Assembly: GCF_022763305.1 (NCBI RefSeq)
Contig: NZ_JALEGT010000093.1
Span: 461-64,460, forward strand
Length of the DNA stretch: 64,000 nt
Direction: 5' to 3'
Source of the DNA: Marivita sp.
GTDB taxonomy: Bacteria; Pseudomonadota; Alphaproteobacteria; Rhodobacterales; Rhodobacteraceae
In this document: positions 9,809-19,252 of the stretch, in pieces
How positions within the stretch are numbered: position 1 is the stretch's first letter
Layout: each line of letters opens with the position of its first letter
Notes under the pieces: model-generated
Seen by the model: only the letters and a program-made list of their open reading frames with translations
What the model was told of the DNA's origin: nothing
Database searches by the model: none
Position numbers and translations under genes: made by a program

Positions 9809-11266
9809 ATGACGAAAACCCTGATCCATGGCGCCGAGGTGCTTGTCGGGAACGACCAGTTTGCCGAGGTGTCGCTTATGATCGACGGCGACCGGATCGC
9901 GGCGATCCTGCCCAAGGGTGAAACCGTTACGGACGCCAAGGCACTGGATGCCAGCGGTCGCCTGATCATCCCCGGCCTTGTCAACGGACACACCCATTCG
10001 CATGGCGCACTGTCGCGCGGCGGTGTGCCGGATGATGCCACTCTTGAGACATTTCTGTCCGGGTCCGCATGGTTGAACGCCAACCGCAGCCATGACGATC
10101 TGTCACTTTGCGCGCAGCTGTCGGCGGTCGAGCTGATCCGCAAGGGCTGCACCGCCTGTTTCGACCTCTTCATCGAATTGCCCGGTCCGACGGTCGATGG
10201 CACCCATACCGTGGCCCATGCCTATCACGAGGTGGGCTTGCGCGCGGTCGTTGCGCCGATGATCGCGGACCAGACGATTTATCAGGCGCTGCCGGGGCTG
10301 CTCGACGCCTTCGACGGCCCGCTGAAAGACGCGGTGGCGGCGCTGAGCCTGCCGGATTGGGACAGCACGATGGCCGTCTGTTCCGAGGCGCTGCGCGACT
10401 GGCCGGTGCCCATGGATCGGGTGCGGCCGGGGATCGGGCCGACCATTCCGCTGCATTGCTCGGATCCGTTCCTGCAGGCCTGTGCGCGCCTCTCGGACGA
10501 CATCGGTGTGCCGCTTCAGACCCATCTGGCCGAAACGCGCATGCAGCAGATCATGGCGCAGCGCAAATACGGCACCTCGCTGGCAGAACACCTGTCTGAG
10601 CTTGGCGTGCTGTCGCCCCGCTTCAGCGGCGCGCATGGTGTCTGGCTGTCTGATGTGGAGATGGAGCTCCTCGCCGAAGCTGAGGCTGGCATCTCGCACA
10701 ATCCGATGAGCAATCTGCGGATCGGGTCAGGTATCGCACCCGTGCGCCGTATGGCAGATGCGGGCGTGACCATGGGCATCGGCACCGATGCCAGCAACAC
10801 CTCGGACGGGCAGAACATGTTCGAGGCGACCCGCCTTGCTGCCACCCTCAGCCGCGCCCAGAGCATCGACAGCACCGAGTGGGTCCGCACGCGCGAGGCG
10901 TTCGACATGGCGACGACCGGCAGCGCACGGCTGTTGGGGTTCGACAGGCTTGGGCAGATCGCCGAAGGCTGGCTCGCTGACCTTGTTTTCCTTGACGCGG
11001 GCTATTGCCACTACACGCCCCGACGCGCCCTGCTCGACCAGATCGTGTTCGCCGAAACCGGCGCCGCCGTGCGCGAGGTGATGATCGCGGGCCGGATGGT
11101 TTTCGCCGGGGATCGCATCCTGACGCTGGACGAGACCGCCCTGCGCAGCCGCGCCCTTGCCGCCGCCGAACGGATCACCCACGCCAATGCCGAGGCCCGC
11201 GTGATGAACGCCGCTGCCGCCGCAGTCGTCAAAGGCTTCTGCCTGCGCAACTGTGCTGCCCACTGA
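9809..11266 (+). CDS. amidohydrolase-superfamily enzyme (ATZ/TRZ / nucleobase-deaminase-like)
   Basis: Metal-binding PGLVNGHTHSHGA and downstream GIGTDASNTSD. 485 aa. Confidence 0.85.
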   Translation: MTKTLIHGAEVLVGNDQFAEVSLMIDGDRIAAILPKGETVTDAKALDASGRLIIPGLVNGHTHSHGALSRGGVPDDATLETFLSGSAWLNANRSHDDLSLCAQLSAVELIRKGCTACFDLFIELPGPTVDGTHTVAHAYHEVGLRAVVAPMIADQTIYQALPGLLDAFDGPLKDAVAALSLPDWDSTMAVCSEALRDWPVPMDRVRPGIGPTIPLHCSDPFLQACARLSDDIGVPLQTHLAETRMQQIMAQRKYGTSLAEHLSELGVLSPRFSGAHGVWLSDVEMELLAEAEAGISHNPMSNLRIGSGIAPVRRMADAGVTMGIGTDASNTSDGQNMFEATRLAATLSRAQSIDSTEWVRTREAFDMATTGSARLLGFDRLGQIAEGWLADLVFLDAGYCHYTPRRALLDQIVFAETGAAVREVMIAGRMVFAGDRILTLDETALRSRALAAAERITHANAEARVMNAAAAAVVKGFCLRNCAAH

Positions 11267-11285
11267 CCCCATGAAGGAGGACCAC

Positions 11286-11711
11286 ATGGACCAGAAAACC
11301 GATCCCGCCACCGCCGCAAAGGCCATCGTCGAGGCCTATCTCGAACGCTCGATGGTGCCCGATCCCGAGGGCGCGCGGGCCTATGTGTCCGACGATTTCG
11401 ACATCACCTTCACCGGCGGGCGCAAGTTCACCGGACCGCACGAAACCTCCGCCTTCAACGCCAAACGCTACAAATGGGTGAAAAAGAAATTCCTGCGCAC
11501 CGATGCGGCCTACGATCCGGCGACGGGGGATGTCCATGTGTACAACACGGGCTATCTTTACGGCGAATGGCATGATGGAACGACGTTCGAGACCAACCGC
11601 TACATGGACAGCTTCGTTGTTCGCAACGGTCAGATCGTCAGCACCCATGTCTGGAATGACAGCGCAGAAATCCTGCTGGACAAGGCAGGCTTGGCCGAGG
11701 CCCCTTTATGA
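11286..11711 (+). CDS. SnoaL-like / NTF2-fold protein
   Basis: Start moved to the ATG 5 nt after a GAAGGAGG RBS (11273-11280). 141 aa small alpha+beta type sequence. Function unknown. Confidence 0.7.
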   Translation: MDQKTDPATAAKAIVEAYLERSMVPDPEGARAYVSDDFDITFTGGRKFTGPHETSAFNAKRYKWVKKKFLRTDAAYDPATGDVHVYNTGYLYGEWHDGTTFETNRYMDSFVVRNGQIVSTHVWNDSAEILLDKAGLAEAPL

Positions 11712-12595
11712 TCCAACTGCCGACCCACGACCGGTACGACTACAGCGCCATCACGGACCGCCCGGACTTCACATGGCCGAACGGGAAACGGCTGGCGGTC
11801 TATATCGGGCTGAACCTTGAACATTTCGCCTTTGGCGAGGGGTTGGGCGCGGAACTGGCCCCCGGCGGTCCGCAGCCTGACGTGCTCAACTACGCGTGGC
11901 GCGACTATGGCAACCGTGTCGGCGCGTGGCGGATGCTCGATCTGTTCAACGCGCTGGATCTGCCCGTAAGCGTGCTGGCCAATTCGGTGATGTATGACTA
12001 CGCGCCCGATCTGATGGCCGCCTACAGCGCGCGCGGAGACGAGATCGTGGGCCACGGGCGGACCAATTCGGAACGGCAAAGCTTGCTGTCCCCTGCGGAA
12101 GAAGAAGCCCTGATCATTGAAGCCACGGATGTCCTGACCAAAGCAGAAAGCAAATCGCCAAAAGGCTGGCTGTCGCCCTGGATCGCGGAAAGCCGGGTGA
12201 CGCCGGACCTGCTGAAGAAGGTGGGCTACACCTACACGCTCAACTGGTGCATGGATGACCAGCCCGTGTGGATGCGCACCGAACATGGCCCGCTTCTGTC
12301 GATCCCCTATCCGCAGGAAGCGAACGACATCCCGTCCATCGTGGCACGCAAGGATGGCGCTGCAGCGTTTGCCGACATCCTGATCGACACTTTCGACGAG
12401 ATGCTGGAACAGTCCAAAGCACAGTCTTTGGTGATGGGTATTGCCCTGCACCCCTATCTGGTCGGCCAGCCTTACCGCCTGCGTCACCTGCGCCGCGCAT
12501 TGACGCATATCTGCGCACACCGCGACGACATCTGGATCACGCAGGCCGGAGCTGTCTACGACGCCTTTGCCGCCCTGCGCCCGCCGCAAGCGTGA
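11708..12595 (+). CDS. polysaccharide deacetylase family protein (PuuE-like)
   Basis: ATGA overlap with the upstream gene. WRDYGNRVGAWRMLDLF...EIVGHGRTNSE resembles PuuE-type deacetylase/allantoinase fold proteins. Confidence 0.8.
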   Translation: MIQLPTHDRYDYSAITDRPDFTWPNGKRLAVYIGLNLEHFAFGEGLGAELAPGGPQPDVLNYAWRDYGNRVGAWRMLDLFNALDLPVSVLANSVMYDYAPDLMAAYSARGDEIVGHGRTNSERQSLLSPAEEEALIIEATDVLTKAESKSPKGWLSPWIAESRVTPDLLKKVGYTYTLNWCMDDQPVWMRTEHGPLLSIPYPQEANDIPSIVARKDGAAAFADILIDTFDEMLEQSKAQSLVMGIALHPYLVGQPYRLRHLRRALTHICAHRDDIWITQAGAVYDAFAALRPPQA

Positions 12596-13142
12596 TCCTT
12601 GTCGAAACAGGTCGCCCATCGGTTTGATAGGTAGTTCAGCATGGTCTCGGCCCCGGAGCGGTCAAGCGGAACGCCCGGAGGATTGTCCTTGAACCCCGGT
12701 TCGCTGAACATCTGTTCGATCCGGCAATCCTCGACATACATCGCGTAGCGCCAGCTGCGCAGGCCCATGCCGTTGCTGGTCCGTTCGACCAGCATGCCCA
12801 TCTTGCGGGTGAATTCGCCATTGCCGTCCGGCAGCATGCGGACCTTTTCGATGTTCCGGGACAGCGCCCATTGGTGCATCACGAAGGCATCGTTGACCGA
12901 CAGGCAGATCACCTCGTCGATGCCCAGCGCGCGGAAGCTGTCATACTGGGCCTCAAAACCGGGAAGGTGATTTTCGGAACAGGCCGGTGTGAAGGCACCG
13001 GGCACGCCGAACAAAACAATCCGCTTGCCCGCGAACACGTCGTCTGTGGTCACCTGCTTCCATTCGAACGGGTTGGGACCGTCCAGCGCGCGTTGCGCAC
13101 ACGAGTGTGAAAAAGGGCGTCGGGAACGGTTTGGGGGTGCAT
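12556..13142 (-). CDS. Prx5-type peroxiredoxin, apparently frameshifted near codon 18
   Basis: Body is in the track frame: ALDGPNPFEWKQVTTDDVFAGKRIVLFGVPGAFTPACS...DGNGEFT...SWRYA. The family-typical N-terminus MHPQTVPDALFHTRVRNA, with a GGAAAGG RBS, lies in another frame starting at 13142. The two frames meet in a GCGCGC run around 13085-13096. Confidence 0.7.
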
Positions 13143-13273
13143 GTCGGGCCTTTCCAGATGTGCTCCAGACAGGCTTTACGCCAAGTCGTGTCGTCCGTCG
13201 ATCACCTGTTCCATGGTCCTGTGCCGATGTCGAAAGGTCCCCCGACGCGTCATGGCACATCGGGGGTGCTTTT

Positions 13274-14311
13274 TCACTTCTTCAGGTTGGTCCAGATCTG
13301 GTCGTAGACCTCTTGCGTGGCTTGATCGCAGACCTCGATGAACACGCCGGCCCCGGCGCTTGCGGGCGGGTTGCTTTCGGGCTGGGTGGCCAGCGTCGGA
13401 TCAAGGAAGTCGCCCACACCCGTGACACCCGCGTTATAGCGCGCGTAGTTGGTGACGGCGGCGATGTTCTCGGGTTCCAGAAGGAAGTCCATGAATTTGA
13501 TCGCGTTGTCGCGGTTCGGCGCATCCTTGAGCAAGACGACGTTGTCCATCCAGACGATGTAGCCCTGCGACGGGAAGGCGTATTCGATATTGGCGCCCTC
13601 TTCGCGGCCCTTGGCGGCAAAGCCATCATAGATCTGGCCGACCGCGGCATCACCCGACACCAGCACCTCTTTCGCGGTGTCCGAGTTGAAGGACGCCCAA
13701 TGGGTCTTGGCCTCTTGCAGCATGTCGTTCAGCGCCTTGAGCTGATCGCGGTCGGTGGAACATTGCGGGATGCCCATGTGCAGCGCCGCCATTGCCAGCA
13801 CTTCGCCCTGACTGTCGAGCATGTTGATCTTGCCCGACAGCTCGGCCGGAGGATTGAACAGGATGTCCGTGGTGCCGATGTCGCCTGTAAAGACGTCACG
13901 GTTCACGGCAAAGGAGGTCGACCCCCACTGATACGGGATCGAGTGCTGCCGACCCGGATCGAAGGACGGATCGGCCCATTCCGGCGCGATATTGCCCTTG
14001 TTGGACAGCTCTCCGTCGGCAATCGTATCAAGCAGACCCTCGCCCGCCATGATCTGCACCATGTAGTCGCCCGGCACCGCCACGTCATAGGTGCCGATGG
14101 CCCCGGCCTTGAGCGATGCGAGCAATGCTTCGTTGCTGTCATAGGTGTCCATGACCACCTCGACGCCGTAGTCTTCGCTGAATCTGTCCAGCAATTCCTG
14201 CGGGATGTACTCGAACCAGTGGTAGATCACCAGTTTGCCCTCGGCCGCTGCGGCCCCGGCTGTCAGCGCCAGCGCGCTTGCTGCGACGGTGGTCTTGAGA
14301 AATGTCTTCAT
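13274..14311 (-). CDS. polyamine (spermidine/putrescine) ABC transporter substrate-binding protein, PotF/PotD-like
   Basis: Internal ATG of track ORF 13274..14623. Signal peptide MKTFLKTTVAASALALTAGAAAA, then KLVIYHWFEYIPQELLDRF. Confidence 0.9.
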   Translation of the reverse strand: MKTFLKTTVAASALALTAGAAAAEGKLVIYHWFEYIPQELLDRFSEDYGVEVVMDTYDSNEALLASLKAGAIGTYDVAVPGDYMVQIMAGEGLLDTIADGELSNKGNIAPEWADPSFDPGRQHSIPYQWGSTSFAVNRDVFTGDIGTTDILFNPPAELSGKINMLDSQGEVLAMAALHMGIPQCSTDRDQLKALNDMLQEAKTHWASFNSDTAKEVLVSGDAAVGQIYDGFAAKGREEGANIEYAFPSQGYIVWMDNVVLLKDAPNRDNAIKFMDFLLEPENIAAVTNYARYNAGVTGVGDFLDPTLATQPESNPPASAGAGVFIEVCDQATQEVYDQIWTNLKK

Positions 14312-14364
14312 GGTCAGTCCCCTGTTGGTTGATGCCCGTGTGGGCCGAGTTGGTTGCGCCACGC

Positions 14365-15393
14365 TCAGTGGCCTTGGAATCCTTCCAGCACGTTCACGGT
14401 GTTGATCCCGATTTCCGCGATGTCGTAGCCGCCCTCCATCACAAAGAGCGTCGGCAGGCCTGCAGCCGCGATGTCCGCGCCCATCGTGATGAAATCCGGT
14501 GAGGTGAGTTTGAAAAAGCTGATCGGATCGGTCGCGAACGTATCGACCCCAAGCGACACGATCAGGGCGTCCGGTGCATAATCCGCGATCCGCTCCAAGG
14601 CTGTGGCGAGCGCGGTGCGCCATACGTTAAAGCCGGTTCCGCGCGGCATCGGCAGGTTGAGCGTAAAGCCTTCGCCCGCGCCCGAACCGGTTTCGTTGGC
14701 ATAGCCGAGAAAGTAGGGAAACGCCTCCTCCGGAGTACCATGCAGCGAGATGAACAGAACATCATCCCTATCGTAGAAGATGTCCTGCGTGCCGTTGCCA
14801 TGGTGGAAGTCCACGTCGAGGATGGCGACGCGCGCCATGCCTGTGTCGCGCAGATGCTGGGCCGCGATGGCGGCGTTGTTGAAGAAGCAATAGCCGCCGT
14901 AAAGGTCCTTTGCCGCATGGTGCCCCGGCGGGCGGCAGAGTGCGAAACAGCCGCGCGCGCCGGTGCGCAGACGCTCCGCCCCGGTCAGGGCGACATGGAC
15001 ACTTGAAAGCGCGGCCTGCCATGTGCCTTGCGTGATGCTGGTCTCGGCAGCAAGCGCATAATAGCCCAACTGCCCGTCGATGCCCGAGGGGCGCGTCTGC
15101 ACCATCCGGCGCGCGGGCCATGTGCCTGCAATCGCCTCGCCCTTGAACCCGGCGGCCTGCCAGCGGTCCCATGCGGAGTGCAGGAAGTCGACGTAGTCGG
15201 CATCGTGCACCGCCAGGATCGGCTTCATGCCAAAGCTGTCGGGCGCCGTGATCGGCCCAAGACCCACCTCGGTCAGCCGCTCATGGATATAGTCCAGCCG
15301 CGACGGGCGTTCGAACGGGTAGACCAGTTGCCCGCCATATAGCTCCGTCTGGGCGTCGCGCAGTTTGTGGTCTTCGGAGTAGATCGTTTCCAT
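14365..15393 (-). CDS. histone-deacetylase-family enzyme (acetylpolyamine amidohydrolase-like)
   Basis: Internal ATG (METIYSEDHK). Motifs RPPGHHA, DVDFHHGNGTQ and GGY near the C-terminus. Confidence 0.88.
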   Translation of the reverse strand: METIYSEDHKLRDAQTELYGGQLVYPFERPSRLDYIHERLTEVGLGPITAPDSFGMKPILAVHDADYVDFLHSAWDRWQAAGFKGEAIAGTWPARRMVQTRPSGIDGQLGYYALAAETSITQGTWQAALSSVHVALTGAERLRTGARGCFALCRPPGHHAAKDLYGGYCFFNNAAIAAQHLRDTGMARVAILDVDFHHGNGTQDIFYDRDDVLFISLHGTPEEAFPYFLGYANETGSGAGEGFTLNLPMPRGTGFNVWRTALATALERIADYAPDALIVSLGVDTFATDPISFFKLTSPDFITMGADIAAAGLPTLFVMEGGYDIAEIGINTVNVLEGFQGH

Positions 15394-15424
15394 CAGCGTC
15401 CCTCTGCCGGATCCCGGCGTCCGA

Positions 15425-16204
15425 TCAGCCAGGACAACGCGACCATGACGATGGACACCGCCAGCAGAAGCGTTGCATGGCCATGATGTTGGGCTTGATG
15501 CCCTGTTTGACCGCGCCAAAGATCGCGGTGGGAAGGGTCTCGACCCCCGCGCCTTTGACGAAATTGGTGATGATGAAGTCATCGAGCGAGATGATGAAGG
15601 CAAGGATGAACCCTGACACGATCCCCGGCATCATCAGCGGCAAGAGGATACGAGTAAACGCCTGCCGCTTGGTGGCGTAAAGGTCCATCGCGGCCTGCTC
15701 GTACGTGGCTTCGATCCCCTGCATCCGCGCGGAAATCGGCATATAGGCGAAGGGAATGCAGAAGGCGATGTGCGCCAGCAGGATGGTCATCAGCCCGCGT
15801 TCGATCGCGATGGCGTTGAAGAAGATCAGGGTGGCAACGGCCGTGACGATCTCGGGCACCATGAGCGGCAAAGAGATCAGGCCGATGGAGACCGTGCGCA
15901 ACCGGAACGTACCGGCGCGCAGGACGGCGGTGGCGGCAAGTGTTGCGATGATGGTGGCCGTCGTGGCGGCGGTGATCGCGATGATGAAACTGTTCCACGC
16001 CGCCTCTTTGAACTTGCCGCTTTCGGGGCCGGTGAACACGTCCACATACCAGCGCAGCGAGAATCCTTCCCAGATCGTGATCGAGGGGGAGTCGTTGAAG
16101 CTGTAGACCGCGACCACCACCAGCGGCGCGTAGAGGATCACGAGACAGAGCAGCGTGATGGCGAAAAAGCCCGGATAGCGGCGCAGGTCATAGGGTTTGG
16201 CCAT
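15425..16204 (-). CDS. polyamine ABC transporter permease (PotC/PotI-like)
   Basis: Internal ATG ([14 protein letters not shown]) in ATGA overlap with the upstream permease. Multi-TM. Confidence 0.88.
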   Translation of the reverse strand: MAKPYDLRRYPGFFAITLLCLVILYAPLVVVAVYSFNDSPSITIWEGFSLRWYVDVFTGPESGKFKEAAWNSFIIAITAATTATIIATLAATAVLRAGTFRLRTVSIGLISLPLMVPEIVTAVATLIFFNAIAIERGLMTILLAHIAFCIPFAYMPISARMQGIEATYEQAAMDLYATKRQAFTRILLPLMMPGIVSGFILAFIISLDDFIITNFVKGAGVETLPTAIFGAVKQGIKPNIMAMQRFCWRCPSSWSRCPG

Positions 16205-17124
16205 CACGCCGCCTCCTTCCGGCTTTGACGGGCAAAGACCATCAGCAGGATCAGCACCATCGTCAGAAGGATCATCGACGCGGCTGCGCCGAAAGGCCAG
16301 TTGCCTGCGTTGCCCTTGAACTGTTCCTCGATCAGCGACCCGATCATGAAGGTCCGCGCCCCGCCCAGAAGGTCCGGTGCGAGGAACGACCCGAGCGAGG
16401 GTACGAAGACAAGGATGCATCCCGCGATGATGCCCGGCTTGACCGACGGGATCACGATCCTGCGCAGCACCGCCCAGCGCGGGGCGTAAAGATCGGACGC
16501 CGCCTCGGACAGGGCGAAGTTGTAGCGCTCGACGGCGGCATAGATCGGCAGCACCATGAAGGGCAGGTAGGAGTAGAACAGCCCCAACTGCACGGCGAGG
16601 TTGGTGTTCACGAGACCCAAGGGCTCGGAAATGATGCCCAGCCCGATCAGCCCGTCATTCAACGGCCCTTCGTCGCGCAGCAGGAACTTCATCGACACGG
16701 TGCGGATGAGCAGGTTCACCCAATAGGGGATCGTCACCAGAAACACCCAGAACGCGCGTTGCCCTTCGGGGCGCGTGGCGATGAAATACGCGGTCGGAAA
16801 GCCGATCAGCAGGCTGAGGAACGTGGCCGCGCCCGCCTGCCAGATCGAGCGCCAGAAGATGCCGATATAGGTCCATTCGATTTTCGGTGGCTCGTCCCCG
16901 AAAAGGCCCCGGTCAAAGAAGAACTGGTCATAGGCGTCGAGGCTGAACTCCCAGATCACGCCGCCCCGGAATTCCTTGGTCAGGAAGGAATAGACCAGCA
17001 TGATCATCAACGGTGCGAGCGTCAGCAGACCCAGCGTCACCCAGGCGGGCAGCAACAGCAGCGTGCGCGCCTCGCGATAGGTTTCGCTCTGGACCGTGCC
17101 ACCTGTCGCGCCGCCCCCTGCCAT
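16204..17124 (-). CDS. polyamine ABC transporter permease (PotB/PotH-like)
   Basis: Internal ATG (MAGGGATGG...) in ATGA overlap with the ATPase stop. Multi-TM. Confidence 0.88.
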   Translation of the reverse strand: MAGGGATGGTVQSETYREARTLLLLPAWVTLGLLTLAPLMIMLVYSFLTKEFRGGVIWEFSLDAYDQFFFDRGLFGDEPPKIEWTYIGIFWRSIWQAGAATFLSLLIGFPTAYFIATRPEGQRAFWVFLVTIPYWVNLLIRTVSMKFLLRDEGPLNDGLIGLGIISEPLGLVNTNLAVQLGLFYSYLPFMVLPIYAAVERYNFALSEAASDLYAPRWAVLRRIVIPSVKPGIIAGCILVFVPSLGSFLAPDLLGGARTFMIGSLIEEQFKGNAGNWPFGAAASMILLTMVLILLMVFARQSRKEAA

Positions 17125-18215
17125 CAGTCGATCAGGAGCCGTGCGGCCCCCGGCTCCATGTTGACGGCAACTTCGGTGCCCGGCTCGAAGATGCGCGCGT
17201 TTCCGCGCGAGGAATTGGACGAGCGCACGGTGAATTGCGGGCCGCCGTCCAGATCTACGATGGTGGCGATGTCGGTGCCGATATAGATCATCTCGCGCAC
17301 CCGCCCCTTGAGGCTTTCGTCCGCAACCGGGTCTGCCGACAGGAACAAGCGTTCCGGGCGTAGCGACATATGCACCTTGGCCCCCGGTCCGATCCCGTCC
17401 ACGGCATCGCAGGTCAACCTGTGCCCGCCGCCCAGATGGCACTGCGCGCGCCCATTCGAAACTACGTCCACCGTGACTTCCATCAGGTTCGTATCGCCAA
17501 TAAAGTCTGCGACAAAGACGTTGCGTGGACGTTCATAGATCTCGCGCGCTTCGCCCAGTTGCTGCAATTCGCCCGCCGACATGACCGCGATCCGGTCGGA
17601 CATGGTCAGCGCCTCTTCCTGGTCATGGGTGACAAAGATGAAGGTGATGCCGGTTTCGCGCTGCAGGTGCTTGAGTTCCACCTGCATCGCCTTGCGCAGC
17701 TTGAGGTCCAACGCAGACAGCGGTTCGTCCAGCAACAGCACCTTGGGCCGGGGTGCCAGTGCGCGGGCCAAGGCCACGCGTTGCTGTTGCCCCCCGGACA
17801 GTTGCGACGGCTTGCGCGCCGCGAATTGCGACAACTGCACCATCTCGAGCACCTCGCCCGCCCGTGTGCGGGCCTCGGCCTTGGACTTGCCCAGCATTTC
17901 AAGGCCGAACCCCACATTGTCGAGAACGGTCATATGCGGAAAAAGAGCGTAGTTCTGGAACACCGTGTTCACCGGGCGCTTGTGCGGCGGTAGGGTGTCG
18001 ATCTCGTCGCCATACAGATAGATCGCACCTTCGGTCACATCCTCGAACCCGGCGATCATCCGCAGGAGTGTGGTCTTGCCACAGCCCGAGGGGCCCAGAA
18101 GGGTGAAAAACTCGTTGTCCCGGATCGACAGGGAAATCGTCTTCAACGCCGTGAAGGTGCCATACCGCTTGACCGCGCCCTGCACGTCAATGGCGATGTC
18201 CCTGTCTTGCGGCAA
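17124..18215 (-). CDS. polyamine ABC transporter ATP-binding protein (PotA/PotG-like)
   Basis: Walker A GPSGCGKTT, signature LSGGQQQRVALARAL, Walker B LLLDEPLSALD. Start is uncertain. I prefer TTG 18215 (GGGGA 7 nt upstream). The next in-frame ATG at 18383 would overlap the preceding gene and cross an AT-richer non-coding-looking stretch. Confidence 0.85.
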   Translation of the reverse strand: MPQDRDIAIDVQGAVKRYGTFTALKTISLSIRDNEFFTLLGPSGCGKTTLLRMIAGFEDVTEGAIYLYGDEIDTLPPHKRPVNTVFQNYALFPHMTVLDNVGFGLEMLGKSKAEARTRAGEVLEMVQLSQFAARKPSQLSGGQQQRVALARALAPRPKVLLLDEPLSALDLKLRKAMQVELKHLQRETGITFIFVTHDQEEALTMSDRIAVMSAGELQQLGEAREIYERPRNVFVADFIGDTNLMEVTVDVVSNGRAQCHLGGGHRLTCDAVDGIGPGAKVHMSLRPERLFLSADPVADESLKGRVREMIYIGTDIATIVDLDGGPQFTVRSSNSSRGNARIFEPGTEVAVNMEPGAARLLID

Positions 18216-18366
18216 ATCGGTGTCCCCAACCGGTGAAGTCTCTGGGACCGAGCGTAGAAACGAAGTGGCCTGCGCAGAAGACTTGTGTCCCTCAGCACTT
18301 GTTAGCCTTTGCCTAATTTCTTTTCGCAAATCGCCCGTTTTTTGGGCATTGCGTGTTAGGTTCTTC

Positions 18367-19242
18367 CTATCCAGACATCCCATCCAGCGTGCCCAGAAGG
18401 CCGTAGTGTTCGGGCCGACGGTCGCGGAAGACACCCCAATATGCTCGGTTGCGGGCCGTCGCGTCCAGATCGAAGGTATGGAGCAGCACGGTCTCGGTGG
18501 TCCGATCCGCTTCGGCCACCTTGGCGCCGAATTCGTCGGCAATGAAGGATGATCCGTAGAAGGTTATTTCGGTGCCATGCCGCCCCGGTTCCGTACCGAT
18601 GCGGTTCGAGGCGATCAGCGGCACAAGGTTGGCCCCCGCATGGCCCTGCTGGACACGTTGCCAATGCGGGGCGCTGTCCCACTCTTCGGCACCGATCTCC
18701 GACCCGATGGCAGTGGGGTAGAACAATAGCTCCGCGCCCTGCAACGCCATGGCACGTGCGCTTTCGGGAAACCATTGATCCCAGCAGATGCCCACGCCGA
18801 TCCGGCCATAGGCGGTCTCCCACACCCGAAACCCGGTGTCGCCCGGCGAGAAATGGTACTTCTCCTGATAGCCCGCGCCATGCGGAATATGCGTCTTGCG
18901 GTAGACACCCAATCGCGCGCCGTTTGCGTCGATCACGGCAACCGAATTGAACCGCGCCTGCCCCGCGAGTTCGTAAAACGACACCGGCAGCACGACCTTC
19001 AGGTCCGAGGCCAGCCTGGCAAACCGCTCGAGCGTGGGATGGTCAGCAGCGGGCCGGGCGCGGAACAGGTCTTCGGGGTCTTCGTCCTGACAGAAATAGC
19101 GGCTTTCGAACAATTCCTGCAGCAGGATGATCTGCGCGCCCTGAGCGGCGGCCTGCCGAACCAAAGCCTCTGCCCGGTCGATATTCTCTGGCTCACCCGC
19201 ACCACAGGCCATCTGTGTCGCGGCAACCGTGACCTGTCTCAT
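18367..19242 (-). CDS. aguB: N-carbamoylputrescine amidase (carbon-nitrogen hydrolase family)
   Basis: MRQVTVAATQMACGAGEPENIDRAEALVRQAAAQGAQIILLQELFESRYFCQ closely follows the AguB family N-terminus. Catalytic ICWDQWFPE present. Confidence 0.85.
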   Translation of the reverse strand: MRQVTVAATQMACGAGEPENIDRAEALVRQAAAQGAQIILLQELFESRYFCQDEDPEDLFRARPAADHPTLERFARLASDLKVVLPVSFYELAGQARFNSVAVIDANGARLGVYRKTHIPHGAGYQEKYHFSPGDTGFRVWETAYGRIGVGICWDQWFPESARAMALQGAELLFYPTAIGSEIGAEEWDSAPHWQRVQQGHAGANLVPLIASNRIGTEPGRHGTEITFYGSSFIADEFGAKVAEADRTTETVLLHTFDLDATARNRAYWGVFRDRRPEHYGLLGTLDGMSG

Positions 19243-19252
19243 CTTTCGCCCC

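Noticed and set aside
12556-13260. Full 234-aa track ORF taken as the peroxiredoxin CDS
   Set aside because: The first 55 or so residues (MCHDASGDLSTSAQDHGTGDRR...) have no family resemblance, and there is no alternative in-frame start. The family-like N-terminus with an RBS is in another frame, as described in the frameshift finding.
13239-13266. Hairpin CCCCCGA-N14-TCGGGGG downstream of the PotF-like gene
   Set aside because: The T-run follows the hairpin only on the plus strand, where there is no upstream gene to terminate. On the coding (minus) strand there is no U-tract. It was left uncalled.
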